Shown here: piece by piece, positions 1 to 8,085 of the stretch | Position numbering within the stretch: position 1 is the stretch's first letter | How the letters are laid out: the number at the start of each line of letters is the position of its first letter | Assembly (NCBI GenBank): GCA_964558575.1 | Contig: CAZLEQ010000008.1 | Location: 1,274-65,273 of the forward strand | DNA from: an uncultured Acidimicrobiaceae bacterium | Lineage (GTDB): Bacteria > Actinomycetota > Acidimicrobiia > Spongiisociales > ZC4RG35 | Direction: 5' to 3' | DNA length: 64,000 bases | Made by a program: the position numbers and the translations under genes | The notes under the pieces: generated by a model | Seen by the model: the letters and a program-made list of their open reading frames with translations, nothing else | The model's database searches: none | What the model was told of the DNA's origin: nothing

Positions 1-292
1 CGCCCGCAGCGAGCGCGGTTTCATAAGCGTCGTCCGTGTCCTCGACATGGACCGTCGGAGTTGATCCCGGAACCTCTCCCGCGGCTAGACCTCTGATGCC
101 CCCGCCTCCGGACTCCGAGTAGGAGAAGAGGTGGTAGTCGCCAGTGGTCATTGGAAAAGTGTTCTGGAAGGACCACCCCAACACGGATTCGCACCACTCC
201 CGTGTAGCTCGCGGGTCTTCGCTTGCCAGGTCCGTGTGCGTGATCCAGCCGTAGAGACCTCGGGTGAAATCGTGTGACGGTCCTTCTGTCAT
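1..292 (-). CDS. VOC (glyoxalase/bleomycin-resistance fold) family protein, N-terminal part; the gene runs off the window edge
   Basis: My own translation of the minus strand from the ATG at 292-290 gives MTEGPSHDFTRGLYGWITHTDLASEDPRATREWCESVLGWSFQNTFPMTTGDYHLFSY..GGGIRG..VHVEDTDDAYETALAAG. This is a typical VOC beta-alpha-beta-beta-beta module. An AGAGAGG-like RBS lies upstream. The ORF is missing from the track because no stop falls inside the window. Confidence 0.6.
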   Translation of the reverse strand, partial: MTEGPSHDFTRGLYGWITHTDLASEDPRATREWCESVLGWSFQNTFPMTTGDYHLFSYSESGGGGIRGLAAGEVPGSTPTVHVEDTDDAYETALAAG

Positions 293-397
293 TTCGACCT
301 CTCTTCAGGCGAAAGACGGCAACATAATCGCAAGAGACCGCAGCCGCGCACGGTCGAGCTACCGTCAGCTCCCAGGTCGGCGAGGCAGGGGTCACCT

Positions 398-463
398 TCA
401 TTTGAGCCCTCAGCACTCCGATCCTCCACTTCATTCGAGCCCTCAGCACTCCGATCCTCCACG
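398..463. repeat. Two tandem copies of a 33-bp unit (TCATTYGAGCCCTCAGCACTCCGATCCTCCAC)
   Basis: Read directly: 398-430 and 431-463 differ at 2 positions. In the artefactual ORF the repeat shows up as the duplicated peptide WRIGVLRA(R/Q)MK. Confidence 0.9.
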
Positions 464-539
464 TCTGGGGCGAAACCAGACTCGACCGCCCGATATCGGG
501 ACATCGGCGCGCGGCCTTTGGATGCGGCAGTTGGTGAGC

Positions 540-957
540 TAGCCGCGGATCGCCACCACCGAGGTGAGGAAACCAGCCGTTGTAGTTCTCGAAGTCCGGC
601 CACGCCGCGATGTCGACGCCATGGCAGTCGGGGGACGCAAGTGTCCACCACTCCGGCACGTGGGAGTCATCGGCGGTTCGACCGCCCGCAGCGAGCACGG
701 CCGCGACCCGAGCCTCGGCCTGATCGGTCGGGACACTCACGTCGATGTGGCTGCGGCCGCGACCTGGGCTGGCGGTCGAAGACGCGGCCTCGGCCGCAGC
801 CACCGGAGCCTTGGAGGCCGCCGAGGCGATCGGGGAGTCCGCAGTTCACGCCGTCCGCGATGTGGCGGCCAGCGGCGTAGACGGGGTCAAGGCGGCAATC
901 AAGGGAGACAAGGAGAGCTGACCGCTTCAGATCTCCAGCCTCCGAGCCAGCCGTCAC
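540..957 (-). pseudogene. Possible degraded VOC/Glyoxalase_6-like gene (frameshifted remnant)
   Basis: The frame of ORF 21..803 encodes HIDVSVPTDQAEARVAAVLAAGGR..VPEWWTLASPDCHGVDIAAW, which resembles the C-terminal half of actinobacterial glyoxalase-like domains. A different frame upstream (ORF 667..957) gives LLVSLDCRLDP, which resembles the N-terminal motif of the same domain. A TGA closes the first frame just upstream, and no proper stop follows the domain end. Confidence 0.3.
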
Positions 958-1024
958 CTCTGGTGACCCTCCGATTGTCGGTTTGAGCCGGGCGCCTCCG
1001 GGTTAGGTTCCGGGCGTACAGGAG

Positions 1025-1768
1025 GTGACCGTGCTGGAGATTCGCCGCGACGAGGAGATCCACGAGGCAGACGGCGGGTGGTTCAACGCCCGCTGGCACT
1101 TCTCGTTCGACCAATACCACGATCCGGAGCTCATGGGAGTGGGCCCGCTCCGGGTGTTCAACGACGACCGCATCGTCGCCGGCGCGGTGTGGCCGATGCA
1201 TCCCCACCGTGACATCGAGTCACTCACCTACGTGGTCGAAGGCGACTTCGAGCACGCCGACTCTCTGGGCAATGGGGGGCGGTTGAAGCCCGGAGCCGCC
1301 CAGGTGATGCGTTTCTCCCACGAGGGGGCGCTCCACTCCGAGCGAAACGGGTCTGACGAGAAGGGGATGCGCTTCATCCAATTCTGGATCCTTCCCAGCG
1401 AGGAGGGCCTCGACTCCTCGGTGCAGCAACATCAATACACCATCGAGGACCGCACCGACCGGTGGCTCCAGATCATGGGGCCCGAAGACGAAGACGGCCT
1501 CGACCTGTCCCAGGATGCCCGGGTGGTGGTGAGCCGACTCCGGCCCGACACCATGCTTGCGCACGACTTCGCCGAGGGGAGGGGTGGCTATGTGTACCTC
1601 ATCGACGGAAGAGCCACTTTCGACCACGAGGAGGTCCGTGGCGGAGACGCTGCCAAGGTCTCGGGTCCCCATGTGCTCACCGTGACCGCGGTGGAGCCAA
1701 CGGAGGTGATCGCCATCGACGTGCCCCTGGAGTTCCGGCCGGTGGGAATCTGGGCCGGCCGACCCTGA
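1025..1768 (+). CDS. Pirin family protein (bicupin)
   Basis: The 247-aa ORF carries the cupin metal motif HPHRDIESLTYVVEG..H.D and FIQFWILP. Length and layout are typical of pirin/YhhW. Confidence 0.9.
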   Translation: MTVLEIRRDEEIHEADGGWFNARWHFSFDQYHDPELMGVGPLRVFNDDRIVAGAVWPMHPHRDIESLTYVVEGDFEHADSLGNGGRLKPGAAQVMRFSHEGALHSERNGSDEKGMRFIQFWILPSEEGLDSSVQQHQYTIEDRTDRWLQIMGPEDEDGLDLSQDARVVVSRLRPDTMLAHDFAEGRGGYVYLIDGRATFDHEEVRGGDAAKVSGPHVLTVTAVEPTEVIAIDVPLEFRPVGIWAGRP

Positions 1769-2533
1769 TCAGTCGGAGGCGTCGCGGGCCGCCTCCAGCT
1801 GCATGCGGAGCCCGGCGCCGATGAGGCCCAGGTCGACGGCCACCGAGGTCATGCGGAAGCCCTCCTCGACAGCCCGCGCTGAACGCTCTCCGCTGGCGGT
1901 GTGGAGACCGGGGACGATGCCGGCCGAGTCGGCCGCGGCTACCACTGCCTCAAACGCATCGGTCAGGGCGGAGGCGTTCGGGTGGGTGCCGTCGAAGACT
2001 TCCTCGACGTCGGGAGCCGGCTCTCCACCGAGACCCAGGCCCAGGTCGGCCGGGCCGATGTAGAGGGCGTCGACTCCGTCCACCGCGGCGATGGCGTCGA
2101 TGTTCTCTGCCGCTGCGGCCGTTTCCACCTGGATCACCACGTACGGATCCTCGTCAAAGGGGCCGACCCGTCTCGTCTGCATCCCGTATGACCTGCCCCC
2201 GCGCGGGGCGTGGCGGGTGGCGTGGACGGCACGCTTCGCATCTTCGACCGACTCCACCAGAGGCACCACGATCCCGGCTGCACCCAGGTCGAGGGCCCGA
2301 CCGATCCGACCCGGGTCGATCGACTCGACCCGCACCAGCCCGGGCACCCCGTAGTTGGCCATCACAGTGAACAGGGAGGTGTCCAGCCGGCCGAGGTCGA
2401 TGCCATGTTGGGTGTCGACCACGATGAAGTCGGGTCGCGCCGATGCCGCGCTGTCGACGACAAACTGATCACCCGTGACCGACCAGAAGCCATGGATGAT
2501 GTGCTGCGAACGGAGGGTTTCTGCGCCTGGCAT
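1769..2533 (-). CDS. HpcH/HpaI family aldolase / citrate-lyase-beta-like
   Basis: Motifs: FIVVDTQHG, LVRV, GIVVPLVES.EDA, VIQVET, DALYIGPADL. The start was trimmed to the internal ATG (MPGAETL) because the upstream Arg-rich extension overlaps the neighbouring gene. Confidence 0.85.
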   Translation of the reverse strand: MPGAETLRSQHIIHGFWSVTGDQFVVDSAASARPDFIVVDTQHGIDLGRLDTSLFTVMANYGVPGLVRVESIDPGRIGRALDLGAAGIVVPLVESVEDAKRAVHATRHAPRGGRSYGMQTRRVGPFDEDPYVVIQVETAAAAENIDAIAAVDGVDALYIGPADLGLGLGGEPAPDVEEVFDGTHPNASALTDAFEAVVAAADSAGIVPGLHTASGERSARAVEEGFRMTSVAVDLGLIGAGLRMQLEAARDASD

Positions 2534-2568
2534 GGTCTGCAACGTTAAGCCTGGCAGGATTCGGTTGC

Positions 2569-4395
2569 ATGACCACGCTGCGCTTCGGCATCTCCGATCT
2601 GCCGCCCGACGACGGCGACGACGCCGCCTTTCTCGACCGGCTCGTAGAGGAGGGTCATCGCGCCCTTGAGCTCCCATTCACCGAAGGGTTTCCCTGGAAG
2701 GAGAAGCGCTGTGAGACCTTCGGAGCACTCGCCGCCGAGCGCGACATCAGGCTCTCGGTCCACGCCCCCTACTTCGCCGGCCTCACCATCCTCGAAGAGG
2801 ACAAGGGGAGGCAGTCGGTCCATGCCATCGAGCACACCATGAAGCTGGGCCACCGGCTCGGGTCGCCGGTGATCGTCGCCCACTTCGGGTCGACCTATGA
2901 CGAGGCCCCGGTGGTGCTCATGGACCGGATCAGGTCGCGGATCGACCTCATCGCACCGAAGGTGGAGTCGCTCGGGGTGGGGCTCGGGCTCGAGACAGCC
3001 GGCAAGCGCAGCCAGTTCGGCAGTCTCGGGGACATCGCCCAACTGGCCGCGGAGTACAGCTTCGTCCGGCCGGTGGTCGATTGGGCTCACATCCACGCCA
3101 TGACCGGCGGTGGGCTCACCTCCAAGGAGGCGTTCATGTCGGTGCTGTCGTTCCTGAAGGAGAGCTTCCCCGGCTGGATGATCTCCCCCCTCCAGGTCCA
3201 ATTCTCCGACAACCAAATCGGAGACGCCGGCGAGATCAGACACGTCGCCTACGGCGAAGGAACGCTACGGGTCGGTCCGTTGGTGAAGGCGGTGCAGGAG
3301 ACGGATCTGTCGATGGTTCTCATCTCCGAGGCCCGGGACATGGAGAGCCACGCGCTGATCTGGGCCGAAGTCCAAGAGACGATGTCCGGTGTCGCGGTCA
3401 GGCGGGAGGGGCGCCCTCTCGCCTCGGCCGATGCCGGGTTTCCGTCTCCCGTCGAGGTCACCAGGGAGGGGGAGAGGTTCGTTCCCCAGGGTGTGGACCG
3501 GCCGATCACGTTCTCCAACATCGACAAGGTCTTCTTCCCCGACTCCGGGTACACGAAGGGCGACCTGATCCAGTATTACGTCTCGGTGGCGCCGCTCCTG
3601 CGCCCCCATCTCGCCGGCCGTCCCATCTCGATGGCGCGGTACCCCGACGGGATCACCGGACAGTCTTTCTACGAGAAGCGGGCGCCGGGTCATCAGCCCA
3701 AGTGGATGAGGACCTCGCCGGTCGTTTCCGACTCCCAGGGCGAGATCATAGACTTCCTCCTCGCCGACTCCGAGGAGGCGTTGATGTGGTTCGCCAACAT
3801 GGGTTGCATCGAGTTCCATCCGTTTCACTCGAAGGTGGAGGACCTCGACAAGCCGACCTACGCCATCTTCGACTTCGACCCCGCCGAGGGCTCCTCTTGG
3901 GACCAGGTGACCGCTGCGGCGCGGTTGCTCGAGGTGGCACTGGGACAGCTCGGCCTGGTGGGCTACCCCAAACTGTCCGGGGCGCGGGGACTCCACGTCT
4001 ATGTGCCCCTCGACCCGGTCCACCCACACTCGCGGGTGCGCCGGTTCGTCGGCGAGGTCGGCGAGTATCTCGCCGCGGCCAACCCCGACGACATCACCAT
4101 GGAGTGGGACAAGCCCAAGCGGAAGGGCAAGGTGTTCGTCGACCACAACCGAAACACTTTCGGCCAGACCGTGGCCTCGGTCTACTCGGTGCGACCCCGT
4201 CCGGGGGCCCCGGTGGCCGCTCCCCTCACCTGGGAAGAGGTGGGTTCGGTCGAGAACGGTGATTTCACCATCGTCGACATCTGGGATCGGGTCCAGCGCT
4301 ACGGGGACCTGTTCGCCCCGGTCCTGGATGGGGGCCAGACCCTGGACGCAGCCGAGGCGGCTCTCGGCATTGGCGGTGGATCCGCTTCCAAATGA
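2569..4395 (+). CDS. Fusion protein: endonuclease IV-like (AP endonuclease family 2 TIM barrel) N-domain plus LigD-type primase-polymerase (PolDom) C-domain
   Basis: The N-terminal ~270 aa carry the ordered Nfo-like motifs SVHAPY, VAHFG, GLETAG, VDWAHIHA, QFSDN, RHVAYGEGT, LISEAR. The C-terminal ~300 aa carry YAIFDFDP, LSGARGLHVYVPL, KVFVDHNRN, SVYSVRPR. It is a single uninterrupted 608-aa ORF. Confidence 0.85.
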   Translation: MTTLRFGISDLPPDDGDDAAFLDRLVEEGHRALELPFTEGFPWKEKRCETFGALAAERDIRLSVHAPYFAGLTILEEDKGRQSVHAIEHTMKLGHRLGSPVIVAHFGSTYDEAPVVLMDRIRSRIDLIAPKVESLGVGLGLETAGKRSQFGSLGDIAQLAAEYSFVRPVVDWAHIHAMTGGGLTSKEAFMSVLSFLKESFPGWMISPLQVQFSDNQIGDAGEIRHVAYGEGTLRVGPLVKAVQETDLSMVLISEARDMESHALIWAEVQETMSGVAVRREGRPLASADAGFPSPVEVTREGERFVPQGVDRPITFSNIDKVFFPDSGYTKGDLIQYYVSVAPLLRPHLAGRPISMARYPDGITGQSFYEKRAPGHQPKWMRTSPVVSDSQGEIIDFLLADSEEALMWFANMGCIEFHPFHSKVEDLDKPTYAIFDFDPAEGSSWDQVTAAARLLEVALGQLGLVGYPKLSGARGLHVYVPLDPVHPHSRVRRFVGEVGEYLAAANPDDITMEWDKPKRKGKVFVDHNRNTFGQTVASVYSVRPRPGAPVAAPLTWEEVGSVENGDFTIVDIWDRVQRYGDLFAPVLDGGQTLDAAEAALGIGGGSASK

Positions 4396-4401
4396 ATCCG
4401 C

Positions 4402-4517
4402 TTCCTAATGCTGTGGGGCCGGTATACCGGCCCTGGGGAGTGTAGAAACGCGGCGGCTTCGGACGTACCCATTCCGCGCCCCCGGGGGCCGGATATCCGG
4501 CCCTGGTGCATTAGGAA
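4402..4517. repeat. REPIN-like element: two inverted copies of a hairpin repeat (TTCCTAATGC-N4-GGGCCGGTATACCGGCCC), family 1
   Basis: The left arm is 4402-4433 and the right arm is 4484-4517 (gggccggatatccggccctggtgcattaggaa). The arms are reverse complements of each other. Each holds its own GC-rich palindrome with a central TATA/ATAT. Confidence 0.8.
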
Positions 4518-4584
4518 AACGAAGTGGGAAACGGGGAAACATGCGGTTTCTCCGGGGGTCGTGTCGGCTAGGTAAGGTTGGGGG

Positions 4585-5655
4585 ATGGACCTCTACGCCC
4601 GCGTGAACATACTCGATGGGCTGTCGGTCCGGCTCCCTCGTGGTGGACTGGACGACGCCATCGCGTTGGACAACGACCCGATCGGGCGTGCCAAGAACTG
4701 GGTCCAGCAGGGAGTCGACTATCTGCACATCGTCGACCTCGACGCCGCCGCCTACGGCGACTACCGCAATCGCGACCTCATCCGCAGACTCGTCGAGGAG
4801 GTGGAGACCCCGGTCCAGGTGGCCGGAGGGATTCGCTCCGAAGGTGAGGGGGAGAAGCTCTTGGAGAGTGGTGCGTGGCGCATCGTGATGGGAACCGCCG
4901 CGATCGAGAACCAGATCATGGTGTGGGAGATGTGTCGCGAGCATCCAGAGAAGATCGCCGTCTCCCTGGATATCCGTCCCAACGAGGAGGTCGCCACCCG
5001 CGGATGGACCCAAAACAGCGGCAGGTTCCTCGAAGAGGTGCTCATCGAGATGTCATCGGCCGGTGCAGTCGCCTTCTTGGTGGCCGAGGCGGGGCGAGAT
5101 GCCCTCTCCGATCCACCGAACTTGCAGATCCTCGCCGAGGCACTAGCCACTGTGGAGGAGCCGGTAATCGCGGCCGGAGGGGTCCGCGACCTCGAGGATC
5201 TGCGCAAGCTGATGATGCTCGAGACTTCCGGCCGCACTCTCGGTGGGGTGGTCGTCGGACGCGAGGTTACCGCGGGCCGCTTCACCGTCGAGGAGGCCAA
5301 GCAGGTCTTGGCCGGTGGTGGACCGACCCGCGCTCCCGGCGGGATCACCGTCACCAGGACTCCGGTGGCGGTCGAGTCCCTGGAGACATCATTGGGGTTC
5401 TATCGCGACGTGCTCGGCTTCAACCAGGTCCGCTCCCCCTCACAAGGGGTGATCACCGCCGTGGTCGAGGCCGCCCCGGGCCAGCACATAGAGTTGGTCG
5501 AAGGGGGGACGACTCGACCCGAGTCGCTGGTCTTCCGTGTCGAAGAGCCCGACCGTTGGCGGGACCATCTCTCCAACCTCGGTGTGGAGACCGAAGGCGA
5601 CGGCTCCCGTCTGGTGGTCGTCGATCCCGACGGACTCAAGATCGTTCTCGAGTAG
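4585..5655 (+). CDS. HisA/PriA-like (beta/alpha)8 barrel protein fused to a C-terminal VOC/glyoxalase domain
   Basis: HisA signatures present: HIVDLDAA, VQVAGGIRS, AVSLDIR, AAGGVRD, GVVVGRE. The N-terminal catalytic Asp (PAIDL in HisA) reads RVNIL here. The last ~110 aa (VESLETSLGFYRDVLGF...VVVDPDGLKIVLE) form a VOC module. Confidence 0.8.
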   Translation: MDLYARVNILDGLSVRLPRGGLDDAIALDNDPIGRAKNWVQQGVDYLHIVDLDAAAYGDYRNRDLIRRLVEEVETPVQVAGGIRSEGEGEKLLESGAWRIVMGTAAIENQIMVWEMCREHPEKIAVSLDIRPNEEVATRGWTQNSGRFLEEVLIEMSSAGAVAFLVAEAGRDALSDPPNLQILAEALATVEEPVIAAGGVRDLEDLRKLMMLETSGRTLGGVVVGREVTAGRFTVEEAKQVLAGGGPTRAPGGITVTRTPVAVESLETSLGFYRDVLGFNQVRSPSQGVITAVVEAAPGQHIELVEGGTTRPESLVFRVEEPDRWRDHLSNLGVETEGDGSRLVVVDPDGLKIVLE

Positions 5656-5728
5656 CCCCTGGGCCGGCTCCCAGGAATGGGTCGTTAGACCGATCTGCAA
5701 ATGAGGTCTGGTCGACGATGTAGTCCTC

Positions 5729-7405
5729 ATGGCCAGTAGAGCAGTCCAGACGCTCCTGGCGTCGCATCATCAGAGATTTCGTCCTCACCGCATCGTGGTA
5801 CGGGTCGGAGCAGCGGCCTCTTGGATTGCCGCCGTCATCTTTCTCATTACCGGCGCCTTCACCGGCAGCGAAAGACTTCTCGTCGAGTCCGTGGGCCCGA
5901 TACTCGCCGCCACGCTGATGACCGTCCAGATTCTGGTGGGTCGAGAAGATGGGGGCCTGGCGATCTTCGGATCGGGTGTGATCGTGGCGGTGTGGTCGAC
6001 GGTGTTCGGCAACGCGGGGACGGCAATCCCGGCTGCGGTGGCGTTGGTGGTCATCTCATCGCTGGGCATTCTCTTCGTCCCCCAATACCGAATGGTGGTG
6101 GCGTCGATCATCGGAGGGGCCCTCTTCGCCATCCCCCATCTCTGGGATGTGGCCGTCGATCAAAGGGTGGTGCTCGGGGCGATCATGGCGCTCTCGTTTC
6201 TGATGACCTACATCATCCTGGGAACGATTCAGGCCGCCTCCGCCGCTTTGCACGAGCGTTACCAGATGCTTTTCGATCAGTCCCCGTCGGCGGTCCTCGA
6301 AGAGGATTGGTCCGAGGCGATCGCCTATGTTCGCTCGGAGTATTCGGGTAAGCCGAGCCGGATCCGTCAGTTTCTCCTCGCCTATCCGATCGTGGTGCGA
6401 CGGGCGGTGGGGAAGGCCAAGGTCGTCCGTGCCAATGACGCCGCCCTCAGCCTTCTCGGCGTCACCAAACCGGCCCGCCTTCTCGGATACCGCGATCAAG
6501 ACATCGTCGACGACGAGAACATCGAGAGCTTCGCGAGTGCCCTCGTCTGTCTCTATGAGGGAGGAAGGAGCTGGGAGCGTGAGGTGCCGACGAGGGGTCG
6601 GGACGGTGGGTTCCGTTGGCTTCTCTACCGGGCCGTGGACACCTCGACTACGACTCAGGGACGTTCGATCGTGGTCGGCGTCGCCGACATCACCCACATG
6701 AAAGCCAAGAACGAGGCGATGGCCGACGTGGTACGAGCCAAGGACGAGTTCATCGCCAACGTGAGCCACGAGCTGCGCACCCCTCTCACCGCCATCCTCG
6801 GGATCGCCTCGGAGCTTGCCGACGAAGACCTGGGGCCGGACATGAGATCCGAGATGCTGCAGCTGGTGACGGAACAGGCCAATGAGATGGCCAACATCGT
6901 CGAGGACTTACTCGTCGCCGCCCGGGCCGAGGTGGGGACTGTCTCAATCGAGACCCGGCCAGTAGACCTGATCGCCGAGCTGAGGGCGACCCTAGATGGG
7001 CTGGGCACCACCGTCGACATGCCGAAGAGGGATGTCCCTCCCGTGGTCGCCGACCCGAAGCGGGTGCGGCAGATACTTCGCAACCTGCTCACCAACGCGC
7101 AGCGATATGGCGGGCCCCGGCAGCGCGTAGTCACCGGGACCCTGAAGGGCCACGTCTGGATCGAGGTGCGAGACAACGGGGACGGCATCCCCGAAGAGGA
7201 CGCGGACCGCATCTTCCAGCCCTATGTGACCACCGGAGCCGGGAGCTCGGTAGGTCTCGGCCTGTCGGTCGCCCGCCAACTCACCGAGCTCATGGACGGA
7301 TCACTCGTCTATGAGCACAGTGCGGGTGAGAGCGTGTTTCGCCTCCAGCTGCCCGCGGCCGACGAGAGCGCGCCCGCTCTGGCTTCTCACTATGAACTCC
7401 GGTAG
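5729..7405 (+). CDS. Membrane sensor histidine kinase (multi-TM N-terminus, PAS-like region, HisKA, HATPase_c)
   Basis: H-box FIANVSHELRTPLTAILG, N-box LRNLLTNAQRYG, G-boxes DNGDGIP and GLGLSVARQL. The N-terminal ~170 aa are hydrophobic. No response regulator lies adjacent. Confidence 0.85.
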   Translation: MASRAVQTLLASHHQRFRPHRIVVRVGAAASWIAAVIFLITGAFTGSERLLVESVGPILAATLMTVQILVGREDGGLAIFGSGVIVAVWSTVFGNAGTAIPAAVALVVISSLGILFVPQYRMVVASIIGGALFAIPHLWDVAVDQRVVLGAIMALSFLMTYIILGTIQAASAALHERYQMLFDQSPSAVLEEDWSEAIAYVRSEYSGKPSRIRQFLLAYPIVVRRAVGKAKVVRANDAALSLLGVTKPARLLGYRDQDIVDDENIESFASALVCLYEGGRSWEREVPTRGRDGGFRWLLYRAVDTSTTTQGRSIVVGVADITHMKAKNEAMADVVRAKDEFIANVSHELRTPLTAILGIASELADEDLGPDMRSEMLQLVTEQANEMANIVEDLLVAARAEVGTVSIETRPVDLIAELRATLDGLGTTVDMPKRDVPPVVADPKRVRQILRNLLTNAQRYGGPRQRVVTGTLKGHVWIEVRDNGDGIPEEDADRIFQPYVTTGAGSSVGLGLSVARQLTELMDGSLVYEHSAGESVFRLQLPAADESAPALASHYELR

Positions 7406-7422
7406 CTAACTTCTACCGGGAA

Positions 7423-8085
7423 ATGCCGGTCACTTCACCAATCGTCTATTGGCCGCTGTTGCTGCTGGCCGCGTACGTCCTGGGCTCGATCCCGTTCGCC
7501 CAGGTACTGGCACGCGTACGAGGCGTCGACCTTCGATTCTCGGGCACCGGCAACGTCGGTGCGGGGAACCTAACCAAGACCATTGGTGCGGGCTGGGGGA
7601 TCACCGCCGGGGTCTTCGACGGATTGAAGGGGTTGGTTCCGGTGTGGCTCTGCCTCCGCTCAGGTCTGGGTCCTGGTGCGGCCGGATTGGTCGGCGTGGC
7701 GGCGGTGATCGGTCACAACTGGTCGATGTTCCTCCGTGGCCGGTCGGGACGGGGTCTGGCGACGGCGTTTGGTCTCATCGTGGCGCTTCATCCGCCTTTG
7801 GCCATCTGGACCGCGGGATGGGCGGTGGCCGGCTGGAGGGTCGGTGGCGGTTTCGCCGGCTTCCTCGGCTGGGGGACGCTCCCAGTGGTCACCGTTGCCC
7901 TCGGTGCACCGGTGACCGAGAGTATGGTGATCCTTCTCCTGGCGGCGGTGCTGATGGGTCGCCGCATGCAGGGGAACCCTGGAGACGAGATGGACTGGGG
8001 GGCAATGATGCGACGCGCCATCTTCGACAGAGACCTCGCGGCCGACGGATCTGGAGAAACGGCTGAAGACCCACTGATCCAGTGA
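7423..8085 (+). CDS. plsY: Glycerol-3-phosphate acyltransferase PlsY
   Basis: GSIPFAQVLAR..GVDLR..GTGNVGAGN...GLKG motifs; 220-aa polytopic protein. Confidence 0.9.
   Translation: MPVTSPIVYWPLLLLAAYVLGSIPFAQVLARVRGVDLRFSGTGNVGAGNLTKTIGAGWGITAGVFDGLKGLVPVWLCLRSGLGPGAAGLVGVAAVIGHNWSMFLRGRSGRGLATAFGLIVALHPPLAIWTAGWAVAGWRVGGGFAGFLGWGTLPVVTVALGAPVTESMVILLLAAVLMGRRMQGNPGDEMDWGAMMRRAIFDRDLAADGSGETAEDPLIQ

Noticed and set aside
398-463. Whether the tandem repeats here and at 35772-36166 could be CRISPR arrays.
   Set aside because: Only 2-3 copies are present. The units are directly adjacent with no unique spacers. The unit lengths (33 bp abutting, and 172 bp) do not fit a repeat-spacer architecture. 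No cas genes are in the window.
21-803. The 260-aa track ORF read as a single gene.
   Set aside because: It crosses an intact VOC gene in another frame (1-292), a 33-bp tandem repeat and a domain fragment. Only the first ~60 aa resemble a real domain. I treat it as an artefact plus a possible pseudogene remnant.
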